NCBI GenBank assembly: GCA_001949185.1
Contig: BDGG01000004.1
Coordinates: forward strand, 4,249,777 to 4,313,776
Source: Ramazzottius varieornatus
Lineage: Eukaryota; Animalia; Tardigrada
Length of the DNA: 64,000 bases
Reading direction: 5' to 3'
This document shows, piece by piece, positions 26,451-41,531 of this stretch; within the stretch, counting starts at the first letter, position 1, and each line of letters begins with the position of its first letter. Position numbers and translations under genes: made by a program. The notes under the pieces were generated by a model. It saw only the letters and a program-made list of their open reading frames with translations. It made no database searches and was not told where the DNA came from.

Positions 26451-28381
26451 GGTCACGCAATGTCTCGATCGACGTTTGATTTAGTAACCGGATGCGGCAA
26501 AACGCTGCTGACCAGATCAAGTCTCGATGCAGACTGTGCTGAAGACGCAGTGCGGCTTTCCTCCGACGGACCTTCCGTATTTCAGATTACTCTGGCGGCG
26601 TACTTGTATCCTTGTCCGTAAATTAATTCTAGGGCTTATCATAGATTAGGTTAATCCACTACTGAGCAAAGCTATAAATTTAAAATATCGACGCGATAAA
26701 TCGTCCAAATGTAGACAGCCGGATAGAAATATTCATCGGAAATAGATGGGAAATTTCGGACGATATTCACAATCGCAGATGCGCAAGTAAACACGGTCGT
26801 GTAAACCAAAATCCAACTTCCGCGTTAAATCACCGTTTCGCCATACTTTTGCGCAAGCACGTACAGTAGCCTTTTCTGTCAGGTGATGAGGAAGCTCGCT
26901 TGTGGACCTCAGGCACGCGCCATCCCTTTGGTAACTTCCGTTCGGTTGGGCGTTCGACGATGCTAGCCTGCACAAAATGATGTGAGATGAGACAATCGAC
27001 GTCTACAGGTCTCTAAAGACACACGGTCTGTGATCGAGCTCTTTGCAGAGAGAAAAGAGCCAACAATGCAATGGAGATCGCTCATGAAGAGCAGTGACTG
27101 CAAAGACAAATGATTCACATGGCCGATTTTCGTACACTCAAATATAGAGCAAGCAGCCATGAAGTCAAAAGAGACCGAGCTCTGTGCTTCCTTCAAGGCA
27201 AACATCTAACAAATTAAGCCCTCTTTCTTTCAAGTAATTGACGTTGAGGAGCTCGTGTTTGCCTAGTGAAAATGATGGACATTTGAGACGCAAAGCTGAT
27301 ATGCGACAACGCCGGTGATGTGTTCAAAGTCGTACCAAGATCATCGTCGTACCCGCTCAGTCAAATCATACTTTCAAGTTTCAAGCTTTGAAATATCAAT
27401 CTCACTAAGACGATTTCCGTTGGTTGCTCTGTGGACATACCAAGGGTACCATCCTTCATTCCGGGTACCATACGCCTATCAAGAGCCAAACAAACCCTCA
27501 GTGTGCCACTCTATCATTTTCGTCAAGGTTTACCACATCTGGCTTTTGAGTTTCGAGGCATTCAACTCACTAAAGGTAAAACATTTACAAAGGAGTACAA
27601 GAACTGAAATTCGGACATCATTCTGCGGGAAAACCCTTGAGCCAGTGGGAGCGACTGTGGCACCATCAATCATTCCAGTTAGAAACTTGTTCGAATACGT
27701 GTCAGTAGTTCTGAGCGACAGATTTTTTGCTTGAAATTAGAAAGTAACAAAGTAGATTTAATTATAGTGCGCTAAATATATGAAACGTGAAGCTTTCACG
27801 CCTCGGTAACTTAGCTTCCTGCCGAAAGGCCGGCAAGATACCAAAATGTCTCCCTGTAGAACCAAAGGTAGAGTACCCTTATCAGGAAACTCGGATATAA
27901 CTGCGCAAGCCGCGGACTCTACAGTGCAACAGGTGGCTCGTACAGTCGTACTCCTGTCAGCGTTTAGTGCACTGCAGTGAGACTGAATGCTTCAATTACG
28001 ATCACGCCCTGATAGTCTTATGATTTAGTGTACGAAACAAAGGTCACGATAGGTTTTTCCCCGTTGACATTGCGTTTGTTGGAAAACACAGAGTGGTCTG
28101 CTCGTAAGTTGATACTGCAGTTCATACGAATTCGAAAGTTTTAAAAGGTAAAACAGAATAAGACTTCGGGGTTAAAATGGTGTGAGACACAAGAAAGCAC
28201 CGGCGGCCCAAGAAAAATTTCGGATAGTCAAAACTAGAAAACTACATGTTGCGCTGTCATTTGTCGCTGCATTCACTGGCGTCAAGATACTGCACCAGTA
28301 AAACCTCATCAAAAAAAGAATGTCGAAAGAAACTGCAAAATACGGGTAAAAAGGTAACAATATCGGCCTAATAGTGTCTTG

Positions 28382-31300
28382 TCAGTGGTTTCCAATGGAC
28401 CGATATTCGATCGTCTTCTGCAGTGCCTGTGTTCTATGTGGATCTATGCGCCTGTAATCAATTGCTGGGTTTTCCAGACTTCGGGGACTTAGCTGTGGTA
28501 CAGGCTTGACCGCTGTCCTTGCAGAGTCGTATCGTAGATCCACAGGCTTCAGACTAGCTTTCTGTCCCGACCCAGTGGACGAAACAGCGACATCGGTGTA
28601 CTCCACATCTATGCTATTGGAAGTGCCATAGGCCGGGGGTCTTCGTTGGCGTGGAAGGGTCCGAGTTCCTGTATGCCTCTGCAACCACAAACGCGCTGAA
28701 TGCAGAACAGAATCACAAGGATATGTTATAGTAGTTTGATCGTACGCGGAAGCCAAAGTCGACACTATCATTGCTGTCGTCTTTCAGCGTGAGATCTTCT
28801 TCGGATGTGCTTTTGGTGCTTTTCAGTCCGGGAGAGCGTAAGGACGTGCTGCTTTGAAGTATATGAGACACTGAACGGTCCGGTCGAGTGAGCTTTGTCG
28901 GATTCGATGGGCTGCTATATAATCCGGGAGAGTTAGGTGGAGATCCGATCCGTCGTAAATGCCCAGCTCGTGGCACAGCTGCGTAAACACGTCTTAGCTT
29001 CCCGATAATATCATTTTTCACAACAAGAAAAGAAGAGCGCGAAAACGTATGGTGGTTACGAGATAAGACTTGTATTTCGTCAAGACGGTGCATTAAGAGC
29101 ACGGCCCTGATCGAGTACGTGCAGTCAAGGCCGTGCCGGGTCTTTGAGAACATTTTTCAGCTTAGCTTTGCTTCTGAGTAGACAGAGTAGTTACACAGTG
29201 ACACTGCACTTACTTGCAGAATGGCCCGTGAAGTCTTCGCTTGAAATCATCGGTTTGGAGTTACGATCGACAGTAGGCGGCGTCGCCTCGCTCTTCACAT
29301 TCTCTTTGCTTACCGCCACCAGACCGGAAGTGGACGACAAAGAAGGACGTGGGCTTATGCGAGGAGCGGACAGACTACCCGAGCTAGATATACCTTTCAC
29401 AGGAGGCCGATCGTACACAGACTCGCTGACTTCTGACACGGAAACCGACGGCACCAGCCTGCCACTTGGTTTCATCATCGTCGTAGCTTTTGGCTTCGGT
29501 ATCTGGTCATACTGCTGCGACTCTGATTCATTCATCACCGATAGCTTCCGCGGAAACGTGTTTATGATCGAAGTCTGCCGGCTGGCTGAACGACTGGAAG
29601 AGGGCACCACATCGTACGTCTGACCAATCTGCGGTGTCTCCACCTGAAAGCAATGCATAAGATTCATGACGAACGATATAAAGCACCAATTAGTCGCCGG
29701 AATTCATCTTGCTTGCACTTATCGAGCGCTACAGTCATTTCTGCCCTTTTTCTACGAAACGCCTGTAGGCCGTGCTTAAAAATTTTCGTAAAAAACGGGC
29801 AACTGGCACGGAATACTTCCTACAACTACTACCAGTTTGTAGATAGAATACCTGAGAAGATCGAGCATCTTCAAAATCTTTTCGTGTGGGTGCCCAGACG
29901 GAAGGTGTGCGAGAAGGCGGTGTATCGTAAGTACCAGTCGGCACCGTGCTGTCCGATTCACCTGACCATCGTTTGGCCAGTTCCGTCGCGTCTTTCGAAT
30001 CGTACACTACGCACTGCGGCGGACTCTTGTAGAAGCCCTCGTCGTTCATCGCGTGTTGTGTTGGAGGAGGTGGCGCGAAGTCATCTGGAATGCTTAGTTC
30101 TTTCTCCACGTTCCTCTTCTTCAGGGTATCTGTCGTGCGATCTAGCGGCTTCGAGGCTTTTGATATACAATTTCGTAAGTGGACATACGGATTCTCGTCA
30201 TTCATGTTTCTCTTCTGTGCGAGGGCGGAATTCTTGGGACTTTGGAGGACTGGCGTCGCGTTGGACAAAGAACGCTCTTTGGATAGTGTGGTGCGGGGTT
30301 GTGAACTAACGGACGGACTTGTTGCCAACTCTTGCGGAGATGTTACCGTTCGCGCGGACTGTGCTGTGCTTTGGCTAAGAGCGAAGCTCCTCGCATCAGC
30401 TGCCTCTGGAAACGAGAAGAAACCATATATAAAGGCGCTACTTAAACCGTTTCGAGGCCCAGACACCGTGTTTTAGGATACGCGAGAAGGAGCCGGAAGT
30501 GGAAATTAAGTTACCGTCATCGCTTGTATCACTTTTGATCCCGCAAACTTGGCTCAGGCATGATACCCATTTGGTCATGTCCAGCTGCGAGGTTGCAGCG
30601 AAGAAATACTCTTGCTTCGGTGTCTTCAGCTTGAAAGCGTATCGGTAAGTTCCACGGATGTCAATACAGTTTTGTATTGGCTCAACCTGGAAACAAGAAG
30701 TTAATCATGTACTGGCTATCGTAGAACTCAGGTTAAGGTTCCGTCGAGGCACCGAGCTGTTCTTTACCTCATCGCTTTGGCTGAGTTGAATCTGTCCAGA
30801 TAACTTCTTCTTGCTTTCGTCAGCGTAGTAATCCAGCGTGTGACGTCCATCAAGAGCCGGATGATGCTGGACAATGTACCACTTCTTGGTCCATCCCTGA
30901 ATGCAAGAACAACGCTATGACAAACCTGTTGGTTAGATGGTAGTAGCTACCTTCGGCATGTATATGGGTGAAAGATAAAGATACAGTCATCAGGTCGAAC
31001 CTTCCAATCCGGGCGAAGGTCGACCATTTGACGCGTACATGGTCAACAGTCACAACATATAGTACAGTATTATACATTCTAAAATACCGCAGTATACTGG
31101 CATGAAGCTAAAGTTGTGATCAGCGACGAAACGTCCCATGCAAACGGCGAAACGAATCGCGTCCGCCCAACAATAGAAGGTTAGTGGCAGAAACGCGGAT
31201 GAGCATTAAAACAACCCTAAACTTGGTTGGTCTGACGTAGCTCGAAAGAACGTTCAACCGGAAGTTGAATAGCATAGTATCGTCAGTGGTGCTCGGAGAG

Positions 31301-32832
31301 GTCAAAGTTCACTATAAAAATGGGTCAGCGACAACTTGACCTTTTTGACTAGAAGTGTAGTAATTAGGCTACAATACCGCACAAACTTCAGGAAAAGATG
31401 GGAAACGGAGAAAAAGGAAGTAAAAATTCCGCATGCGTGAACTGATCTCCCTTTCTCCTGCTTACGTTGTAACGAATGCAGCTGAGTCACCAGGTGTAAC
31501 GTTATGACCGGTCAGTGTGTGCTGAAAGTCATTCCGGCAAGCCAGAAATTCTTCCAGTATATGCTAAACCACCACCACACCGCTCGGTAAAATATGATCC
31601 CCCTGGGGGAGAATTTCGATAGAACTCGACGGGATCTATCGAACTGCATCAGCCGTTTTTGCAACGGGGACCTTTAGTCCAGGGGTAATAAAGCGTAAGA
31701 ACGGAGCTGGAGCGCGCTTTGCTAGCCTCCAGCTCTGTTCTTACGCGTGCTAGACCTGCCCGCACGCTACCCCCACCTAGCCGCTCGTTGACCCCCAACC
31801 CCCACCATAACCACTGCGAAAGACCGCTACCCTCAACCCCCTACCAATCCCAAACAACCACCAATCAACCGCAAGATTACACCGCGAAGATTACTCCCCC
31901 AACCCCCCAAAACCCCGAAAGCCAATTTTTCTTAATTAGAACACTTAATTAACGTTGCGGTCAACAGCTTTTACCAGGGGATGTCATTGTTGCAAAGACG
32001 GCTGATGCAGTTCGATAGATCTCGTAGAGATCTATCGAACTCTACGAGATCTATCGAATGGTCATATCAGGGGGGCGACATTCATCCACAGGTAGATAAG
32101 TACTATACCCACCGCTCACCATGTGGTTGAACTTGATGAATTTGTGGTAAACATAAAATCATTTCATCTGCACCACTCCCGGAAACTACTTGCATGTTTA
32201 ATCTTGAAGAAAGCCTACACTCCAAACAACTGCAGACCTTCCAGAATAGCCTTACGTGCTTGCATCCGTTTTCGGTCGTTTTCTTGGTGTTGGATTACAG
32301 TTCAGAAAAAAGCAAAACAGAAAGTGGGAGGTGTGGCCAAAAGCTAAATAGGTGTGTGACCTTTAATTAAGCACTTGAGCCTCACCGCACGTATGTTTAC
32401 TGACCTTTGACCTCTCCGAGCACCACTGAGTATATGGTAATGAGCCCTGAACAGATAGAACTGCAATAACAACACCAACAATGACAATCTACCTTGCCTA
32501 CGACGTACGTCTGACGGCAGAACAACACCTTGATCTTCACCACTCCGAATGGTATCGGGGCTTATTCATAACGTATGGTGCAAATGGCCAGAACTTGCAG
32601 TTAACAACCATTAAAGCGCAAATGCGGCAAGTTGACCGATCAACAACTACGATTCCCCTAATCAGAAGAACGCAAACACACGCTGTTGAACCTGCACGAC
32701 GAAAAAACTCAAGTTCATCCAAAATTCCATCTGTCCGAAGACCAAAAAGGTGGAGGATTACTTAATAGCACTTACCGATGGTTTGAACTTCTTGTTCTTG
32801 TACAGGTATCCTTCGATTAGGGTGGACGCCAT
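28382..32832 (-). CDS. Gab/Daughter-of-sevenless docking protein
   Basis: N-terminal PH domain over three exons (MASTLIEGYLYKNKKFKPS / GWTKKWYIV..LDYYADE / YFFAATSQLDMTKWVSCLSQVCG), Ser/Pro-rich middle with YxxP sites (YDTPP, YDVVP, YDRPP), C-terminal tandem SHP2-type tyrosines VEYTDV and IDYRRIDPHRTQALQKT. Confidence 0.9.
31599..32075. mobile_element. Non-autonomous TIR element in Gab intron 1
   Basis: Inverted ends starting CCCCC(C)TG and sharing GATCTATCGAACTGCATCAGCCGTYTTTGCAAC; C-rich interior. Confidence 0.75.
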
Positions 32833-33878
32833 AATGCAGGCCTGTCTCTCCGGAATAAAATAAAGGTATTACCGTATCGCTGTGCGCTTAGCCAGAACAG
32901 AAACTCAGTTAGTTGATCTTCATTGTCCCGGAAGAGTGGATATTCCGATGAATCATGTTGCCGTCCAGAGGATAATCCATCTGCTGCATATCAGAAGCTC
33001 AAAACATCAGACGGTAGCCATTGCAGATCGCAGCTTACCTTTGTGGCTCGTCCGTTTCCTCTCCTCAGCGTTACAGTGACTTCTTGTATCCCGTCGGGCG
33101 CTCCAACAATCGGGCTGATCCCGATTCTGGAGGCAGAGGTGTTGAAACCTGGATCTAAAAACCAACAACACTAACACCGATAAAACTTCGCTCCCGTTTT
33201 GAGTTTTGACTTCGAAACCTTTTTGGAAAAGGCCAAAAGGGTTACAAAAAAAGTTCAGTCCAAGCTCCTAGCCCTTGAGTCTACCAGTTGATTCTTGATA
33301 AGATTGGCCATATACGAGTTCCACGGCTAGAATCCAGTCTAAATTTTTGAATCATACACGACTCACGAGGATGTGACTGAGTGAGTCATTTCCCTGCAGG
33401 CAAGATGCGAGGTCAACTCGCGCACCTTATAACGCGACATTGTGCATCGAATGCGCGGGTTGAACTAGTAATTGATCCGAATGCTGAAAACCACAACAAT
33501 GCAAAGTCACTATCAAAACTATCTTTCTTACGGTTTTGTCTTCATTTCCTCGGTGGGCTAGCTTCATTTATACTTCATAATCGCTCAATCCTTTCGACGT
33601 GTCCCGGATGACTGGTACTGCTCCGCCATGAAGGACTGCGTCTGTCGTCTGCTTTAGCGCATCTGCTCGGAATCCTGCTCCCTGTTCGGCTGTTCCACGT
33701 CTTCTCGTCGTCAGTTAGACCATCGGGTAGGCTCTCTTCTCCTTCCATAGTTTCTGATCCTTCCTATACCACGGAGTAACCACCAGTTGGTTCCTTCTGC
33801 TTGCACAATAGTGACAGTGGGGAACTACGGGTATAGCGCCACCATCTGGATCCCCCTTTTGTCCCCGCTTCGTCCAGC

Positions 33879-36800
33879 ATGTCGAACGCTAACTCGAAGA
33901 AATCCTCGTCATCGACCAGTGGCTTAAAGTCATCGCTCCAGAACCTTAAGCATCTTGCTGCAGACAAGGTATCCGCCGCCCGAGCAGCTATCGAGAAGAC
34001 GGTGGATGCAGCCGCGGCGATGTTTCCCATAATCGACCTGACGGAAGATCCGGCGAGTGTTGCCACCTCATGGCCAGCGCCTCCTGTACCAGTGTATGAA
34101 ATAAGAGACTGTAATGGCGACGACGTCCAGATTATCAGTTCCGATTTCACCAGTCAGGTCTGTCCCAGCTGTACATACAAAGGCATTCCTACTCCTTCCG
34201 GAACCTGCGCCATGTGCCATGCAAAGATTCCCAAACAGACTACGACACCGTCTGCTCCTGCGATGAATACTAATGGACATGGTCATGGTCGGAACGGAAG
34301 TGCGTCTTTATATCCTTCGCTTGCTGCTGTGAATGGATCATCAGACTCAGCGCAAGGGAAAGTCTCTACTCCAGAATCACTCACTTGGTCATGTTCAAAA
34401 TGCACGCTGCAAAACAACAACAGTGAAATGAACTGCGCTGCTTGTGGCGGAAAGAAGGAAGAAGGACTCAAGACTCCATCAAAAGCTTCGCGGGCGTCGC
34501 TAAGCAGATCTATGTCTGCCGAACAGTGCTGGCCATGCCCCAGGTATGGCCTCCTTGTTTCTCGACAGTCGAAAATATTGTAGTGCTCCTAAATTAACGC
34601 GCACTCAACCACGTGATGAGTCACCGTTGCCCAGTGTGATCAGATTCTATCAGCGTAGCCTGTCCGACTCTCACCCGGGCATCATTTACTGCTCACGAGG
34701 TTGAGTGCGCGTTAATTTAGGAGCACCACAGTAATATCCGTGAAGTCTGAAAAGTGAGGAGATTTCAATATGTTGCAGTTGCACGTTCCTCAACCCGCAG
34801 TCCGGGAATGTTTGCTTGATGTGTTCTACTCCGAAGAAGACAACAGGAAAGGGTTCGTCGGAGAAATTTGAGGCTAATGACGTGGCTGAACTGCGGAAAT
34901 TTCACGAAGAAGAAGCCATTCAGCAGTGGGAAGGCATCGTCGACTTTTGTCGCAGGGTATGTTGGACAAGTCACGTTCGCCACTTTTGGCACTCAGATAT
35001 CAACACCGCATTCTTTCCAGGACAGAAACCCGTTTGTCGATGACCGTTTTCCGCCCACTATGGCCTCGATTGCTATTGGGAAAATACCACCAGAAGCCAG
35101 GAAAGTGCAGGCGTGGTTACGTCCGTCACAGTTAAGAGGCTCAGGCGGTTTCGGCGGACCTAGTCAGCAGTGGACGGTGTCGAGAACGCCAATGGCTTCC
35201 GACATTCGACAAGGTTGGTTAGAAGGGCTCTGTATGCAAAATCTCATGGGCTATCCACTGGACTCTGTAGGTTTGCTGGGGGATTGCTGGTTTCTGTGCT
35301 CACTGTCCGTTGTCGCCGAGCGTCCGGCCTTGATCAACAATGTGATTATGACGAGAAACTATAACCGCGAGGGCGCGTACCTGATTCGCCTTTGCATAGA
35401 CGGCTTATGGAAAGTCATTCTAGTGGACGACCTCTTTCCCGCCGATGCCCACGGCAACTTAGCCTTCTCACAGGCTGCTCGGCGGCAACTCTGGGTGCCT
35501 CTTATAGAGAAGGCTTTGGCGAAAGCCCACGGAAGCTACTACGCCATTGAAGGAGGCTTCGTCAACGAAGGTATTCGAAAACGAAGTGCAGAAAAAGTCT
35601 TGAATACAAACCACACGATATTTCCCACGGTGTAAAGGAAAGATACGAGTCTGATTTTCAGGTATGATGTTTTTGACTGGTGCGCCCTGTCAGCGGATCA
35701 AGTTCAAGGCCGCGACGGACGAAGAAATTGACTCAGTCTGGGCCGAGCTCATCAGCTGCCACAGTGCTGGGTTCCTAATGGGAGCCAGCTGTGGCAAACC
35801 GAACGAGTCGATGAACGAGGAAGAGTGCAAGAATATGGGCCTTAGACCACGCCACAGCTACAGCGTGCTGGACGTGGTTGACATCGACGGGCTTCGGCTA
35901 GTTCGTCTGCGGGATCCGTGGGGTCGCCAGGCATGGAAGGGAGACTGGAGCGACAGGTCGAGGCTTTGGACAGCCGCACTAGCCGCTAGGCTGACTCCAC
36001 AAGGTGGCTCGGAAGGTCTGTTCTGGATCTCGTTGCCCGACCTCCTGAAGTATTTCGATACGGTGGATGTGTCGAAATATCGGGAACACTGGAAGGAACT
36101 TCGCGTGCAAGGAAGTTTCCCGAATAACGCCAATCACCGCAACTGGAAAGTGTGGAACCTGAGCTTGGGGGAGACCACGGAAGTCGATCTGACGCTGTAC
36201 CAACAAGGCTACAGGTAATACTGAATTACCAATTTCGCGAGAAGTATTGCGAGTTAAAGCTCGTTATCTTTACAGAGGAGCTTCTACCGACGCGAATGCT
36301 CATCATGTCGACCTGTTGGTAGTAGTCCTGTCAGTTGGACGTGATAGACAGATTGATAAGCTGGTCAGCGTGTCGAAGCGATCGACTTTCTCATTTACCG
36401 GGACTTCTTGCTTGCTGGACAAGGGGAACTACATCATTTGGACAATCGCCATGAACCACTGGAACGGTAGGTGGTGGATTAGGATCTGTTGAAGTCTTCA
36501 GTATACTTTACGCATTTTTATGATTACAGATCTGGCTATACCGGAGGAAGCCTTTCCGAAATACGTGATCGCGGTCCACAGCGCGAAGCCAGTTGTGGTG
36601 GAAAGAATTTCCGCACCTCCGTTTGGTCTCGCGGACGCGGTGATTCTCTGGGCAAGAAAGAAGGGGACAGTGAGCCGGGTAGGTGCCTCACTGTGCGGGC
36701 GCAAAAAAATTTAGTCACATCCGTCTAACCGACTTGAGTATTGTTGTGGGAAATTTCCATATGTGTTTTATTACGTTCATTATGCGTTTCTTGCAGGATC

Positions 36801-37221
36801 AAGATGGTGTAGCGAGCTATGCGGTAATGTCTGGAGGGCTTGTTCTGGTGATGGAGAATCTGCATCCTTCCTACGGGTACGAAAATTTAATACCGAAATC
36901 TGTTATCCTGTGTATTTGTCGTGGCCAGTGGGAATATCTTATAGGCTGCAGCTGGTTTGTGATTGCACGAAAAGTAATGATGTGGTCAGTGTTCGCGGGA
37001 CCTTGTACACAGTTGACTTTGTGCCTCCTCTCCATCGAATGGTGGTCACGGTTCTCTCCCCATCACGAGGCAGTGGCTTCTACATCCATTACTCGACGAG
37101 GTACCGCCTGGCGCATCCTACAAGTGGTCTCGGAGACTGGGGACCTCCGAATACGTTGAACTTCCCTGCTGTGGATACCGAACTACTGCGGGATCTCCAC
37201 AGCCCTCGGCGGATTCTTTGA
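33879..37221 (+). CDS. CAPN15: Calpain-15 / small optic lobes (RanBP2 zinc fingers + CysPc + SOL homology domain)
   Basis: Three RanBP2-type fingers (CPSCTY..CAMC; WSCSKCTLQN..CAAC; WPCPSCTFLN..CLMC); catalytic QGLLGDCWFL, QLWVPLIEKALAKAHGSY, GFLMGASCG, RHSYS, RLRDPWG; SOL C-terminus CDCTKSNDVVSVRGTLYTVDFVPPLHR..LHSPR. Confidence 0.95.
34578..34731. mobile_element. MITE in calpain intron 1 (Tc1/mariner-like, TA flanks)
   Basis: Perfect 28-bp inverted repeat GTGCTCCTAAATTAACGCGCACTCAACC; TA dinucleotide on both sides. Confidence 0.85.
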
Positions 37222-37943
37222 TTCTGCCCGGTTCCTTCCCCTTTTGGCAGCCACTTTCACTATAGTCATAGTATGTTGTATTTGAGCATTCCCTCTTGAG
37301 GCTTCCATCCCTTTCGACTTTCTCAGTTTTTTGCGTCCTATATCTGTATTTTCACGTTTTACTTTTCTCAGTTTTCTCGCCCAGTGGCCAAAAAATTTTT
37401 GTCGGTGGCGGTGCGGAGCTTTTAGAATCCTTTTGTTATTAGCGAGTATTCGGATTCGGAGTTGTTCTTACTTCCTAGTTCATTTTCGAGCTTTTCCTTT
37501 TTCTTTTCCGAGTTCCCACAACCTAACATGTTCCACTTGCGTTGTAAAAATTAATGAGTGTTGTAAAGATGTTACGTGTGGAGCAGGTCCGAGATAGCGG
37601 GCGAGGACCTGTAACGGTGTAACCGATGACGGAAATCGTTGCCTGTGGCCAGAGTGAATCCAAACACTTCCGGCGGCACCGGCAATCAAGTAATCAAACC
37701 ACAACAGTGTGACACTGTCACAACGGCACATGTCACATGTGTGATGAGTGGTCGAATATCATAATGCAGTCGACCACGATGGATTCTGCGATTTGTTTCC
37801 CATCCGATCTTGAATCTTCTTCGTTGAGTGCCATCCAGGGAGGTCGCTGTTAACACCGTTGATGACGTGCTCTTGTCAAACGTAGGGGTGCGGTGATCCT
37901 CGTCTTAATCCGGATTGAGTCGGACTAACGGAGAGTTCATATT

Positions 37944-39348
<1,405 letters not shown>

Positions 39349-39812
39349 CCTTAAGATTCTTTCCGTTCGAATTTATGCCGCTGTCTTTTCGGTGTTTGCC
39401 TGGGTCCGGTGCGGAAACTGTGATACGTCCGAGCAGCTCCAATGGCCGAACTCATCGGTACAAGAGGAATCAAATACAGCCCTGATACGCTCGACACTCG
39501 TGGTTCTGTTTCGTAAGGTTACTGGGACGAAGAAATCTTGACTATGAGGTTTCTTCGATCTTGATCGATCCTTGCTCACTGAAGGTCAATCGCGAAAACC
39601 TGAGCCTGATTCCTGTTTCCAAGTTATCCTTAATTGAAATATGTCGCGCGCCCGTTTTTTCGCTCTGTTAGTACGTTGAAGTACTCCTGACTCTCAACTG
39701 GGGTGATATTAATACTGAGAATTAGACTGTGCGTCTCAAGATACGATATCCTAAATTCATGGAAGTCAAGACTTCAGAGGTTACTCAGATCAGATAACCG
39801 CTGTTGGCTTAG

Positions 39813-40536
39813 ATGGCGAAGGTTCCGTTGGATTACAGCTTCAAAGACCTCATCTCGGTATCTGGTAAGTTCATACGTGCGGCGACCTAACTTGGTAAAC
39901 TATGGAATCCTCCGCAGAAATTTCATCAAAACTCGAGACGTTTATTCACAGAGATCGCAGTTCAACATCCACGAAAGTCTGTCCTTGGTTCAGAAGGCAA
40001 ATACGATGCGACGGCTATCAAGCTCAACAACAATAATCTACCAACGGTGCACGGTCTCACTGATATTCTTCCCCGAATAATACTGCAGCCGGAAGCGCTC
40101 AGTTGGGTCGACCTTTCCTTTAATAATCTCACCCGCATAGAACCGGTAACTCATTATCACCACTCTTCGTTGAAGTGAGGTAGTGATTAGTTTCCGGGTC
40201 GTTTCAGGTACTAACACAACTGTACAATCTGCAAATTCTATACCTACATGGGAACTGCATTAGCGATTTCCCCCATCTGGAAATACTGAATCGTATGCTG
40301 ATCTTGAAAACGCTGACACTTCATGGCAACCCCGTAAGACAAACCTCGTGCTTTCTTTATTCCGCAGTGATATGTACGGTGTATTTCAGGTTGATCGGAC
40401 GGTTGGATACCGGTATATTGTCGTTTCATGGCTAAGGCGTCTGAAGAATTTAGATTTTAGCGTGGTCACTGACTTTGACAGAATGCAGGCAGAACTTTGG
40501 GGTAGAAGATGGTTCGTAATGAAAACAAAACTCTAG
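39813..40536 (+). CDS. LRRC51: Leucine-rich repeat-containing protein 51
   Basis: Four exons: MAKVPLDYSFKD, AIKLNNNNL, LSWVDLSFNNLTRIEP, LQILYLHGNCI..LTLHGNP, GYRYIVV..LKNLDFSVVT. Confidence 0.9.
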
Positions 40537-40708
40537 TCAATAAAAAATAAAGGAAGTCTCCAGTGCAAACTCGAAATTCACATGGATGTCTACTTCCGGG
40601 TTTCATCAAACAAATCAATGGACCAATAAAGAGGAACCCAACAGCTCAGTAAAAAAGAAAGCACATTTAGGCTTGTGGGACTTTAATTTCCCTTATGGAA
40701 GGTCTGGA

Positions 40709-41531
40709 TCAGGTGGTTGCGAAGTCGACAATGAGGTCCTGAGTATGTAGGACCGCGAAACGTTTGTAGGCTTCCTCCGCGTTGGCCGATAGTGCTATCA
40801 TCTGCAGCACGAAACCCGAAGTAAAATTCAAAAGTAAAGCAAAACAGACGAGCGTTCCTTACCATGTCTATATCGGAAGAAGGAAGGGGCGAAATTGCAA
40901 TAAGGCGTTCAATACTAATGGTGCAATCCGGAAGAAGTTCTCGTTTCTTCGAGCGATTTTTGAGCTGCACGTTTCCGGCTGTAGCTAACTTTTGGCTGCA
41001 ATGAGCAGAACGCACGAAAAGTTCAGCGGAGAAGCCTTAAAAACCCCAAGAAGTTGGCAAGAACTAACGCACCTGTAAGCTTTGGCTTTCTCCGTAAACT
41101 CGTGATTCTCCATTCCGTGAGTATCCAGAGCGGCAACATCAATCACATTGCTAGAAGTATAGCAAAACCTCGGAATTTATAAATATGTGCTAACTTGCTA
41201 CAGAAATAAACGTATCCATCATGATGCTTCGCTCGATGAGCGGCGCCTTGTACTGTACCTGGCAGCCTTGTGTAGTATTCTGTTGAGCGCTGACTGTTCA
41301 TCATTCTTCCGCAACACTTGACTTCCCGTGCGAGAATGTTCACCAGAAGGAGGCTCGATTCCTTGAGGGCGGCTGCTGATTCCATTGATAAGAGGATCCC
41401 TTTCGTTTCTGCCGTCGTTCTAACATGAAGAAAAACACTTGTCAGTCAATCGCTTCACGCCGCAAGAACCCCTCACTTACGTCGTTCTGGCTGTCGTCCG
41501 ATCCGCAACAACTTTTACAGATATTCCCCAT
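40709..41531 (-). CDS. LAMTOR1: Ragulator subunit LAMTOR1 (p18)
   Basis: Five exons: MGNICKSCCG lipidation N-terminus, ERDPLI dileucine-like motif, DEQSALNRILHKAASNVIDVAALDTHGMENHEFTEKAKAY, C-terminal QDLIVDF. Confidence 0.93.

Noticed and set aside
29144-30476. Long plus-strand ORFs (159, 218, 128 aa)
   Set aside because: Antisense shadows of Gab exons.
37740-37780. C-box-like GTGATGA plus hairpin upstream of RNF121
   Set aside because: No D box (CTGA) with a terminal stem at suitable distance.
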